NCBI GenBank assembly: GCA_964016885.1
Contig: OZ024742.1
Span: 351,726,001-351,790,000 of the forward strand
Length of the DNA: 64,000 nt
Direction of reading: 5' to 3'
DNA from: Eledone cirrhosa
Lineage: Eukaryota
Shown: piece after piece, positions 13,011-27,185 of the stretch
Numbering within the stretch: position 1 is the stretch's first letter
Layout of the letters: each line of letters opens with the position of its first letter
Position numbers and translations under genes: made by a program
Notes under the pieces: model-generated
Databases searched by the model: none
Told to the model about the DNA's origin: nothing
The model's input: the letters and a program-made list of their open reading frames with translations, nothing else

Positions 13011-13512
13011 TGATGCCTGCAATCGCTGGTCAGATTATAGAGTTTGGTTCACTTTTAGGCTACGGCCAGCCACACAAACACGTAACATACCCTGAACAAA
13101 AAATGCCTGTCCTCTGAAGGTTTTTTATGAGTAGAAAAGTGTCTTGCACTCGATCAATCCCACTCCCTGAGTATCGGAAACTCTAATCGAAAAGGCGAAC
13201 TGGTCAACATCATCGGATGCTTCCGAAGCTGCAGTTTTTTTCAGTTTCCCTCTCCCAGAACGGTTTTGTGACAACAACTGGGGGCTTTTCACTCCCAGGT
13301 AAAAAGAAAAATACTATTTGGATGGCCGTTGACTCCACTGAGTTCCTCGGCCTTTTGTGGGGTTTGTATTTCCTCCCACAGAGTGTCAACATATCACCGT
13401 CCTCATCAAGCTAGCTTGGGGTGTTGCCGGTTTAGTCACAACGACCCGACCATGAGGGTTACATATTACAGAGTTACATATTACCGGTAGCACTCGAGAG
13501 CGACCTGACACT
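13011..13512. mobile_element. Unclassified GC-richer interspersed repeat, possibly a LINE 5' UTR
   Basis: Compositionally distinct block bounded by (CATA)n-type tracts. Structured, with no clear ORF. Confidence 0.35.
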
Positions 13513-13655
13513 ATATATACATCCATACGTACATATATACATACACACATACGTACATGCATGCATATATACATACATATATACACACATACATACATAA
13601 ATACGTATCCTTAGTCTGCATCCTTAGTCTTTGTGAGTAACAAGATTATATGAAA

Positions 13656-13732
<77 letters not shown>

Positions 13733-15351
13733 AATATATAACAATGTATTTCATGCTTAAAGCTTATTGAAAGTAGAAAATAAATAAAGTATTACATTAT
13801 CATGTATCAATTACTTATATAAGTTGACACCTACTATTACGCAAACATAAATATAATGCAGTGAAATACTCTAAATAAAAGGAATACAACCATCATTAGA
13901 GATTGATTTGTCTGATATTTTCTGATATTAAATGTGGGTTTAAAGTCACTCTGATGTAAACAGAAATGTCGTTACCTAATAGAATGAATTTGATCCTGGT
14001 TTTGGAAAAGTTGCGACGACATGTTAATGATAACAACCGTTTGATACCATTAGCATATTTGTAAAGAAATGAGGTGGAGGTGACCACATATATTTACAAA
14101 GTTATTTACATAATTTAAATGTTCAAAGTGACTTGGTGTGGTCAGTGTCAGAGCTCTGTCATAGCATTTAAAAATTAGTAACATATAAATGTATCTGTTT
14201 GTAAGAGAAGCGGGTGACGAGATATTGATCCTTTTCTCTAGTGGCAACAATCAATATCAATATACGAAGCAAATAATTAAGCTTCTCGCCTTATTAAAGT
14301 CGTTGACTCTCATATTTAAAATACAATTTACCATAAGATAACTGAATTCTAAGTAACAATAATGCTTCTATTGTAATAACCACCATTAGATACTGATTGT
14401 TCTGATATGTTCTGGTCATATTGGAAGATGTTTTAAAGTCTCTCTGCTCTAAACACGGACGAGTCGTTACGTAACAGAATTAACTTGATCCTGGATTTGG
14501 AGAATTAGCAGAGACATGATAACAGAAATAGCAAAATGCAATAGCAGAAATATTATATAATCAACGAAGGGATCAAGTCATTGCTGACATGAGAATTGCA
14601 ATTTACGAGACTATAAAATAGATTTATTCTCCCTAAGAACATTCGTCCCATTTTCACCTCACGTTGGGGAACAATATAATTGGTTACTAATTCATTTCGC
14701 ATTTCTTTCTTATTTGTATTTTCTGTGAAATAATAAAACGGAAAAATGCGTCCACTGAGCTACTGTTAATGATGTCATAAACACATTTATTCCAATGTGA
14801 AAATCAGTGTATCACTAAATAAAACAAAAAGAAATTATGAGTTTTTGTGAGATAAAAACATCTCCGATGATTTCAACATATTTGCATCAAACCAATCCCC
14901 GTTTGCACTTCATCGTCAAAAACGTTACACAACATTTTGATGAACTCCGATTATTGAATTTCTCTACCTTGCTGGAATACCTGTATTGTTTGTTCTTAGC
15001 TCGACTGCATATTCTAACATTATACATATATACATACATATATAAGTTTCTTTCTCTATAAGGCATACATCTATTTTAAGCATTCTCTGAAGCGAATAAT
15101 TTTTTACATATGTTTTCAAATAATATGGAATACTTGATCGTTGAGAGTATATATTAAGGTAGTGAGACATCTGATGTGGGGCACCGAATAGTCTGAGTTA
15201 AATAATATTTAAATTATTATTTAATGGTGGGGAACATTATGAGTAAAATGATGTCAGAAACTGAGATTTGTTCATAAATTCTCGCCATACATAACTTGCA
15301 ATTCATACTATTGAAACACCGACGAATACACACATACACACAGATATATAT

Positions 15352-15472
<121 letters not shown>

Positions 15473-15595
15473 ACATTAATCTAAATGAAAATGAATTTAA
15501 TCTAAAACAAAATTATGGGTGTCATGCCAGAAAGGCATGCGTCATATCACCCGTAAAATAAGCTCCAGGATTCTAATGAATAGGTCCGAGCATTT

Positions 15596-15706
15596 TATAA
15601 CAACTAGAAATGGATTAACATAAAAATAAACATATGAAACAATCACAGTGGATATCCCCTGTAATTGTTTCATATGTTTATTTATATGTTAATCAATTTC
15701 TAGTTG

Positions 15707-15711
<5 letters not shown>
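15596..15711. repeat. About 115-bp imperfect palindrome abutting (TA)n
   Basis: tataacaactagaaat...ggatatcc...atttctagttgttata. Confidence 0.9.
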
Positions 15712-15750
<39 letters not shown>

Positions 15751-15992
15751 GAATGTATATATAGTGTATTTTGCAATACACTTTATGCTTAATTAAAAGT
15801 ATTTTGAAGACCGTATGCTATTGTTTTAGAGTAGTGACAGACTCACTTACTTTATTCTCAGCAAACATTCATATATATATGGCTATTTCAGAGGTCCAAT
15901 TCTAATTTTTAATTTCTGCTTGACCGGCAACCGCTCTGTATAATCAGTTCCTGATTATTTACTAGAATTCTATAAGAATATAACATCAGTGA

Positions 15993-16088
15993 TCTCACCA
16001 GACGGGAGGGAGTAGTTAGCCTTGATAAGTATCAACACATGCAGAAACAAGGCCTTGTAGGCTTTATCTCCCCCTGTTTGTTGAGATT
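15993..16088 (+). ncRNA. Decayed type I hammerhead with long stem I, inside inverted arms 15749-15854/16088-16194
   Basis: atctcaccagacggg...agcc TTGATAA gtat caacac atgc a GAAA caag gc cttg TA ggct...cctgtttgttgagat. Two core substitutions. Confidence 0.6.
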
Positions 16089-16865
16089 AAAGTAAGTGAG
16101 TCTGTCACTATTCAAAAACAATAGCATACGGTCTTCAACATTATTTTAATTAAGCATAAAGTGTATTGGAAAATACACTATATATACATTCATATATATA
16201 GGGCTATTTCAGAGCTCCAATTCTAATATATATATATATACACGCAATGATATTAAATAAATGGAAACTATATTTATAAAAAGGGTACCAGAAATTTGGT
16301 ACGCTTTCATCACATAAAATACGAAGTGTGTTTTATAAATTTTGACATAACCAAGACAGATACCTTAACGGTTCAAGTTTTCCTTGGAATATATATAATA
16401 GAATAAATATGTTTTATAAATATAGTTTTCATTTATTTAATATCATTGAATATTATACTCCAGAAAACTTGTCGGGTGCTCTGAATCAGTTATAAACATT
16501 TATATTTGTTGAAACACCAAGATTGAATATCCATTCTGCTTTTATATACATATATATATTTATGTATATATATAAAAGCGTAGTATATGTAGACATAATC
16601 GAGAACCCCAATAGACAACTGATGACCCCCCCCCCCCCCCGTTCTTGTTTTCTTCGTATTTCCACTGCATTTTAAGTCATATATATATATATATATGTAC
16701 ACACATATATATATATATACATACATATATAGGTAAGTTATTACGTTTTGAATCGGAGGTAACCACAGTAAGTAAGGTACACAATACATAGCAGAGTATA
16801 ACAGTTTCAGTTCTAGTCCTGTAGAATCTCTTCTATATTGAAACTTTATACATATATAGAAACGA

Positions 16866-16944
<79 letters not shown>

Positions 16945-16947
<3 letters not shown>

Positions 16948-17877
16948 ATAAATTAATAAAACAATGAATAAACAAAGAAACAGTTCCTTATATTAAAAAA
17001 AATTCATCATTTTACGATCGTTTCTAGGATATATATGTGTTAGAGATGGTATGCATATTCTATAGATCTATGTACAATATTTATACAAACTATCAGAGGG
17101 AATATACAACCTACACATATATATGCTGTCTTCAGAAATAATGATATTTGATTATTGAAAAAAACAAAGATTCAATACAATAGGTCTGTTGGGAACAGGT
17201 TTTGAATTGACCAATAGAGAGATAATAAGTGTGAAGATGGTAATATAGTAGTCGAAGAACCTTAAATTATGGGTAGAGGAAGGTAGAATTCAGTTTTGGA
17301 TGGAAAAGAATATTATGAATGAAGGATTATTTTAGGGAAGAAAATAGGTCGTATGCTGACCTCAGAAATACATTTATTTGTTCATTGAATAAAACCAACA
17401 AAGATCTAATATATTCTGTCTGTTTGGTAAGAGGTTTAGAATTAACCAATAGAAAGTTAATAATTGGCCAAATGGTAAAATAGTAGTAATTGAAGCTTAT
17501 TTTAGGGGTGAAAATATGTCAGGTGGTCAGTAAAAGGTATTCAAGCAGTTGTTGTTATAAAATAGTAATTCAAATGCAAATATGTAAGGAGACTAAAGTT
17601 TTACGATAAGAGTGTTAGTGAAAACAAATATACATCTAAGAAAAGAATATAAGTTAATTTAATTGATGGGTATATTTATATTGATAAAATTATACTAATA
17701 CATATAGATATAATAAATAACAGTTAGATGCAGTTGAAAAGTGCTGTTAAAGATGAGGGGAATTAAAAGAATATAAAAATAATATATATATATATATATA
17801 TATACATATCTATATATATATATATATATACATATATACACATACACACACACACATACACACATATATACATACAT

Positions 17878-17919
<42 letters not shown>

Positions 17920-18562
17920 GCAAATATACATACATATATATATATATATATACACACACATACACATTTACATATACATATAATTATTGGGGGGGGGGGA
18001 TTAAAATTATTAGTGAGAAATAATAAATATATATAGATTTCAAGGAACATAGAGTCATAACCTGAAGTTAAAGCATTATATATGTTTACTTAATGGTATC
18101 AGTTTTAGGAAATGATAGTTGTAAGAAGGAAAGCAAATTATGTAGTTCATCAGTAGTAGAATATTAATTATAGGTTAACTAAATTAAAAACACTTTATAT
18201 ATTAATTTCTAAAGTGTATATTAATTAGGTTTATAATATTTAAATTTTTTCTCAGTTTATGATTACACGATATTATAAATTCCAGTCGCTTATTTAATAG
18301 GATATCCTTAGATTTCATTATTTCAAAAAGTTCCTGGGAACATAATCTACATTCATATCTACTATTTTGATAAGGGGCGGCCCTTTTGAGCACACTCCAG
18401 GTCAGGTCATAATCTATATTCCTCTTTCTATACCTATTAATTATTTCAGCTAGAGATGTTGTATTAGCTAGTGCGGCATTTTTAAAACTATGTTTGTGGG
18501 TATTAAATCTTACCTTAAATTTGTTAGAGGTAGCTCCTATATATGAATAAATTGAGTCCTTA
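16945..18562 (-). mobile_element. 5'-truncated Naiad-type PLE (GIY-YIG C-terminal half 18202-18560 plus 3' UTR)
   Basis: YIGATSNKFKVRFNTHKHSF...TSLA...W...APY...CRLC..E...LNKRLE...CNH. HHR near the 3' end, (TA)n on both sides. Confidence 0.85.
17003..17145 (-). ncRNA. Type I hammerhead ribozyme, intact core, about 100-nt stem II insert
   Basis: RC: tcattattt CTGAAGA cagcatatatatgtgtagg...ctaacacatatatatccta GAAA cg at cg TA aaatgatga. Confidence 0.8.
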
Positions 18563-18682
<120 letters not shown>

Positions 18683-19515
18683 ATGTGTGATGGGTGTGTG
18701 TATGTGTGTGTGTGTATGTGTGTGTATGCGTGTGTTTGCGTGTGTGTATCTATAGTATGAATTGCAAGTTATGTATGACGAAAATTTATGAATAAATCTC
18801 TGTTCCCCACCATTGAATAACGTTTTATATATTGTTTAATTCAAACTATTCGGTGCGCCACCTCTGATCACTCACAACCTTAATATATACTCTCAAAGAT
18901 CAAGTATTCCATTTCATTTGAAAACATATGTAAAAATGTATCGCGTCAGAGATGTATCTTATAGAGAAAGAAACTGAACTCTCCCAAGCAGGATCCTAAC
19001 AGATCCTATCACGCCTACGTTATGTAGGGTCTCTATCTAGTCATTCCTAAATCACAATGATGTCGGGCTTGCGAGAATATAGAGGCCTTTTAAATGGTAC
19101 TATTTTCATTTCAACATGGTTTAAATGAGACCAAATATATATCGCTACAGATATATACACTTCATTTCATATATCTTTCTATTAACGAATATTTTCAATA
19201 TTTTCTTTTCCTAAATAAAACTGTTGCGTAAAACACGCAACAGTTTGTTTTAGTAATCTGAATAATTATTTGAACAATATCGTAGTCAACACATCACTAA
19301 GCGTCTCAAAACTGCTCTATCATCAAAGTAGGATGATGATTGATCATTAACGAATAAAAAAAATCTAATGAAATATTGAATCCTGAGTCGGGCCCGATCG
19401 ATGCAGATGGAACCTTGAGCTGATCAATTTCGAAGCACGTCTAAACTGAATAATCTCAGTGAAGATACTCTCACACCTCTTTCCCACTTAATTAATTAAT
19501 TATATATATAATGTA

Positions 19516-19649
<134 letters not shown>

Positions 19650-19667
19650 ACTATAATTATATATATA

Positions 19668-22290
19668 CATATTGTTATACTTTGGGAGTGTCATGTTGCC
19701 AATAAGAAACACACGCACCAGATGCTTTCACTTCAATTTATTATATATTTATAAATTTATAAATTTACAAATCTACAAACTTATAAATTTCTGGTTAGTT
19801 GGTTGGTTCCACAACCAGATAGTTGTTTATATATAGTCATAGTCCTTTCGTAACACACTCTGTGACCTCTTCAGTGATTGGGGATTCCTTTCTTTGTTTC
19901 TGTACCTTTCCTTTCTTCTGTCCTACGCCGTTTTGTTTCTGTGTGTGTGTTGTGTGCCCAGTTTGCGCATGCGCCACATCCGGGTGTCTGTGTGTGTTCA
20001 TTTATCTATTTGTTTATTTATTTACATGTTGTTGGTTGGTTGTTTGTTCTATGTGTGTGTGTGTTTTCATTTTGTCCTTAATTGTAAGTTGTGATGTTGC
20101 TGTTCCACTCATATTTTCTATTTAATTTTGGTTGTAATTATTTTATGTTACTGCCTCTGTAATTTGCCTAAACATTTCATATTTTCTGTGTGTGTTTTCT
20201 ATTTTTATTTCTATGTTCTCTAATTTACCCTTGTGTTCTATATTAGCATGTTGGTAGAGTACAGATGATTCTTTATTATCTTGAAGGTCTCGCCAGTGTT
20301 CATTTATCCGTTCCCCTATACTACGAGCTGTCTCACCTATGTACACTATAATTTTGTTTCTACATTGTCCTTCAGTACATCTTATGCTATACACTACATT
20401 TCTAGTTTTACAGTTAATATGGGGGCCTATTTTACAGGTTATACATTTCTTATCTATACATGAGGGTCTTTGGAACGGGTATGTCTTGCTAATAATTTTT
20501 TTTACGGAGGTACCTGGTCTTTCTACTATCTTAATATTGAGTTTATGTTTATTTAGGGCCCTTCTAAATTTGTAGGCTAGTTCGCCTCTAGGGGTTGTAT
20601 TGATGAACATTACACTCTGGTATTTATTGCTATCATACCATGAGTTTATTCTATTGGCCTTGTTCCTGATTCTTTCTATTCTATTCCAACATTTGCTCCT
20701 ATACAAGGGGCAGGTCCCATTTATGTCATTATTTACCATTTTTTCCCATTTGGTTCTGGCTCCTCTATACACTCTGATTCTATCTCTTTGATTGTAGCCA
20801 GAGAACTGCATACGGTGGATGAAGTGTTGTATGTGTCTCTCTAGTTCTTCGGGGTTGCACATGCGGGACACATTTCTCATCACCCGTACCAAATCCGCAA
20901 TGAGTATGTTGATTTTGGTATGGTCCGAAATGGCCGAGTTTCGGTGGATCAGATGTTTGGAAGTCATGGGTTTGGCATAATGGGAATGGAGGATTTGTGT
21001 TTGGTTGTTAATGGTATCTAACCAGAGCTCTGTGTCTTGTACAGGTAATCGATGGTTGGGGTGTCTACTTGAGTAGTCTATAGTAACTCTAATGCTCTGG
21101 TGGATGGAGTTTGCTATTTGCTGGATGCTTTCCATTGTGTTTTTCTCTAGTTCCTGACTGTTCTCTAGTGGGGGTGTCTTAACTACGATGTTTATATCAT
21201 CTACGTAGCGGGAGTACATTATCAGGGTTAAGCTGTCTTCTAATTGTTCTTTAAGTTTAAGTTTTAGTCTATTGTCCCACCATACCATGAATAAGTTAGC
21301 TATGTCGCCTGCAATGCTAACACCAATGGCTGCTCCTTCCTCTTGGGCATATGTTTTTCCATTAAATTTGAACATATGTTCCTTAAGGGTTAATTTTATG
21401 CTGGCCCCTACCGCATCTGCAATCATTTTCTTCAGTTCATCGTGGTTTTCGGGTGTCCGTATGGCTCTGGTCCACCCGTTCCATCTATCTGTGTGGGTTT
21501 TCTTGGCCATTGAGTTAATGGTAGGTGGTCTGCCTCTTGCTGGTCTTGTAGGGCAGAGGTTGCTAAATTCATAAGTGTCTAGATAACTATTACTATGGGT
21601 AAGCTTAAGTAGAAGTCCCAGCTCACTGGTATCATTCCCACGGAACTCAACCTTGCTCCCGCTGATCATTTCTACGCATTTCTCCACAGCAAAATCCACG
21701 TCAATAGATGGATACAGGGACACAACATCCATACTGCCTATTATGCAGTTTGTTAGGTCCCCAGATCGGTTACACACGCCGATTCTGCTGAGGAGGTCCT
21801 CAGTGCTGTCACATACATCTGGGGACATCTCAATGATGGGGCGTATGATCAGGGAGAGGAAGTACCTCAGTCTGTAGTTACTAGCAATGTTAGTTCCACA
21901 GACTGGCCGTGTTGGTGGTCCCGCGACAGGGTCACAGCCCGTTTTATGGTCTTTGCAAAGCCCATCCAACGCCGGCACGTCATTGTTCCAGGCTTGGAAG
22001 TTGTTGGCAGTCCTTTTGTTGGGCTGCATTATATTCGTCCACATCACCATATGGGCATTGAGGGCTTTTTCTCTATCCTCATGCTCCTGTGGTGTTACCT
22101 CTCTTGTGTTAGTGATGTGGGGTTGCATTGCCTGGATGTAGTTTGGCAGGCTGTCAACCGATTTCTGCCAGACTTGTCTGTTGAAAAGCATGCTATCTCT
22201 CCATTACGTGAGCGCTGCATGAGCTTACGCAAGCCATTTGCAGATTTTTCTCCCAGTTGCTGGGCCTCTATTCTATTATGCTTCTTGGAG
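19668..22290 (-). mobile_element. 5'-truncated PLE, Neptune/Nematis-type; RT+GIY-YIG ORF 20143-22191
   Basis: GSMDVVSLYPSI, GAAIG, YSRYVDD, MQFSGY, CIDKKCITC linker, VVY...YIGETARSIGERINEH. Confidence 0.92.
19835..19879 (-). ncRNA. Minimal type I hammerhead in PLE 3' UTR
   Basis: RC: aatca CTGAAGA g gtcaca gagtg tgttac GAAA g ga c TA tgact. Confidence 0.75.
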
Positions 22291-23073
22291 CAGGACAATG
22301 TAGAAGGTGCAGGACAATGTAGAAACAAAAATATAGTGTACATAGGTGAGACAGCTCGTAGTATAGGGGAACGGATAAATGAACACTGGCGAGACCTTCA
22401 AGATAATAAAGAATCATCTGTACTCTACCAACATGCTAAGATATAACACAAGGGTAAATTAGAGAACATAGAAATAAAAATAGAATCCACACACAGGAAA
22501 GATGCAATGTTTAGGCAAATTACAGAGGCAGTAAGCATAAAAGAATTACAACCAAAATTAAATAGAAAATATGAGTGGAACAGCAACATCACAACTTACA
22601 ACTAAGGACAAAATGAAAACACACACACACATAGAACAAACAACCAACCAACAACATGTAAATAAATAAACAAATAGATAAATGAACACACACAGACACC
22701 CGGATGTGGCGCATGCTAAAACTGAGCACACAACACACACACAGAAACAAAATGGCGTAGGACAGAAGAAAGGACAGGCACAGAAACAAAGAAAGGAATC
22801 CCCAGTCACTGAAGAGGTCACAGTGTGCGTGACAAAAGGACTATGACTATATATAAACAACAATCTGGTTGTGGAACCAACCAACCAACCAACCAGAAAT
22901 TTATAAGTTGTAAATTTGTAAATTTATAAGTTTATAAATATATAATAAATTGAAGTGAAAGCAGCTGGTGCGTGTGTTTCTTATTGGCAACATGACCCTC
23001 CCAAAGTATAACAATATCGGTTTCAACACACGATTTCAGATAAATAATCTTGCTAAACAAATTCAGAAACGAA
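22291..23073 (+). mobile_element. Inverted copy of the 3' end of the same PLE (inverted pseudo-LTR), with HHR 22804-22848 carrying GAAA>AAAA
   Basis: Mirror of 19668-20370. agtca CTGAAGA g gtcac..gtgac AAAA gga cTA tgact. Ends at ttcagaaacga followed by (TA)n. Confidence 0.92.
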
Positions 23074-23083
23074 ATATATATAT

Positions 23084-23808
<725 letters not shown>

Positions 23809-23830
23809 ATATGTGTGCGTGGGTGCGTGG

Positions 23831-23901
<71 letters not shown>

Positions 23902-25763
23902 TGTGTGTGTATGTTGCTAATTTCATAAATTATTTTTTTGTAAATTGGACATCTAGGACGTTTCTCCTATATTCCATCTGGTCGCAATATGATGTTAAGC
24001 TCTACTAGTAACACCACGAATCAAATGTTAGTAGTAAACTTGAATCTGGTCGAATTTATTAGACTCTTGCAACGTCAGAAATTCTGTGGCACAACAAAAC
24101 ACTGTTAGATGATATTGGTAGAGCTGATAGAAAAAAATCAATAGAGTGTCGCTGTAGTATTGTGAACAATGCAGTAGTAATCGTTATAGCTATGTTATAG
24201 CGACTTTTACAACCACGGCAATAAATTTAGACCATCTCATATATTTCCAAGTGATTATAGCATATCACTATATAGTATAACTAGATGAATTGTTTTCGTT
24301 TTAAGTTACGGCAGAATTCTGTATCCAAATCTAGAATTTGCATCGCAAATTAAGGACTGGCTTATTATTTGTATGAGAATACGGTTACAAGGAGATGGCA
24401 TTTGAAAGCTGGATTGACCACGATTTCTAAATCATTGATTCACATTGTACGTTTCCTACTTTAGACTGGCACACAATATTTATTGAGATTTGGAAAGATA
24501 ATAGCGTTTTTTCCTTCTAACACTGATTCTGCTTATTGGTAAATATAAAAATAGTAATACGAAAATATAGGAATAAATATACTAAAGGAAAAACATAAAC
24601 AAAGTATTCATTAAAATGTAGAACACAATCGATTGCCTGTAATGTATAGAATAATCGCAGAATATTGCTTAATGTTATAAACTTCAGTCGATTAGAAACA
24701 TGTTTTCTTATAAGAAAGTATTTCCTTCGCTGGAGTATTCTGAGATATATTGATATGATGCAGACGTACATTACGATTTACAAGAATACATAAACTTACA
24801 CACTTAACCAGGCTTCAATTAATTCACATATATACACAACAGTATATACAACATGATATAGAACTAAATCTAGAAGATCATACTTTTCAATACAACGAAT
24901 TTCACATTGAAAGCTGACGCTAATTTTTCTTTACTGTTCTTATTCGTATTCGATAATTTATACCCCTAGGTTCTTGAAATGCAAGATTTTATATCCCTTA
25001 TGAATTTGTCCTCTTTTAAATGTGCAGAATATACTTATACTATCTGTATTATAGCTGTTCCCAAGCGCTATACACATCTTTAAAATAATTTTTTTTTCAG
25101 AACGTTTCTGTAGTTTCAGACACAATGTCCATTATCAATGTTTCCGTGTCTTATATTCATCTCCATATTGCTATCTATAATAATTTTCTTAAATTCATTT
25201 TCGGCGTATCTTAGTATGGTTTGTGAATTATGATTTTCCATTTGCCCATATTCAGCCGTTGACGCTATTATCCATGTCGGGGTGCAATCGTTTTAACAGG
25301 GCTTTCTTGAGGGTTTTTTTTAATTTAGATTTTATCTTTTTCACAACTTATCTTCATCTTTCTTCTTTAATTTTATTCTCCTCTAATTCGTCTTCCAAAT
25401 TCAGTTTCTCATTTGAATTTGTTGGCTTCATTGACGATAGAAAGCAACACTTTGCTTAGTTTAGGTTTACAATTCGTAAGAACATTTCATCTTTCTTCAT
25501 TAGAAACGTTTGTTGTTCTACTGTGATTATTTTATCAAACTATGTATATATATAGGCTTCTTCATCTCCATATCTCTATATTTAAATGTCGAACAGTTTC
25601 ATACTTACTAAGGACATATTTGATGAAGTTATTTTTATGTTTGAAAATACTATTTTTTAATGGGGAACAGTAAGAAATCAATGTCTACAGTTTTATGTAT
25701 GAATTTGTTGTGGTTGTTGTTGTCGATATTGCTATTATAGTAATACTTGTTATAAGGAAGGTG

Positions 25764-26825
25764 GGATGGTAATATCTGTAGAGCGTCGGACAACATATTT
25801 CGCCGCATATAGTTATGGCCCCCTTTATAACGAGTTTAAATGGCGCCGAGGTTAGCTTTTCTATCATCCTGACGAGGTCGAGAAAATACATTACCAGTAA
25901 CGCATTTGTGTCGATTTAATAGACCTCCTCTAACCCAACATTGTTGGTCTTGTGCGAAAAGTAGAAACAATTATTATTGGCAGTATCGGTAGTGGGTGTG
26001 ACGCCGTGCTTTGCAGCATAGAGTTACGGCCCTTCTGGGCTGCGTTCAAATTCCGACGAGATTAACTTTGCCATTCATCCTTACGGGGTCGATAAAATAA
26101 AGTACCAGTAATACACTGAGATAACTGCTGGCCTGGTGCCAAAAGTAGAAACAATTATTATTATTATTATGACGTTTCAGGCGATAGATTGCCGATATCT
26201 GTAGAACATCTGAGACCAACTTTGCCGTATAAAGTTACAGCCTTTTACAAACTGAGTTTAAATCCCGCCCATGTTAGATTTGCCATTCACCCCGACGGGG
26301 TCGATGCAATAAAGTACTATTAAGGCACTGGGGTCTATTTAATCACATTCCTCTTCAAATGTTTGACCCTGTACATGAAAATAAACCATCATCATCATCA
26401 CCATTGTCCTCATATTTGTGATGTATTGGTGTCACTATGTGACATAATAAGTTACGAATGTTTACGATCTTAGTTCAAATACGGTTGACGACAAGATTGA
26501 TTTTCAACATTTCCTGGACTACGGGAGTTGATATATTCAACTCCCCCTCTCCACACAACGCTGTCCTCAAGCTAAATTAGAAATCAATGTTATTATTGTT
26601 GCGTTATTATTAGATTGGCAGTATCGGTAGAGAGTCCGACGCAATGCTTTGCAGCAAAGAGTTACGGCCATTTATGATCTGAGTTCAAATCCCGCCGAGG
26701 TTAACTTTGCTTTCATCCTCACGGGGTCGATAAAATAATGTACCAGTCACGCACTGGGGTAAATTTAATCGACTTTCCCCTCCCCCCAAATCACTGGCCT
26801 TGTGCCTATATAAGAAACCCATATA
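25764..26825 (+). mobile_element. Cluster of about five head-to-tail family B SINEs of differing age
   Basis: Repeated A box, B box, core and tail starting near 25764, 25977, 26178, 26440 and 26612. Confidence 0.8.
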
Positions 26826-27036
26826 ATTATTGTTGCTTTTTTTTTCTTCTTATCTTTCTTTTCTCATTCTTCTTTTCTTATTCTTCTATTTCTTTTTCGT
26901 TTTTTTTCGTTTTTTTCTTTTTCGTCTCATATTTGTCTTTCTCTCATTCTTCTGCCGTTACACCTTTTTTCTTTTTCTTCTTCTTCTTTTTCTCGTTATT
27001 CTTCTTTATCTTCTTATTTTCCTCTTCTTCTGTTCT

Positions 27037-27185
27037 CATTCTTCTTCTTCTTCTTCTTCTTCTTCTTCTTCTTCTTCTTCTTCTTCTTCTTCTTCTTCTT
27101 CTTCTTCTTCTTCTTCTTCTTCTTCTCATTCATTTTCTGCTTCTTCTTTTTATTATTATTATTATGATTATTATTATTGTTGTTA
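27037..27185. repeat. (CTT)n followed by (ATT)n microsatellite
   Basis: Seen directly. Confidence 0.95.

Noticed and set aside
15515-16630. Hammerhead-like fragments at about 15520-15555 and CTGATGA at 16619
   Set aside because: Too many core mismatches or no GAAA half.
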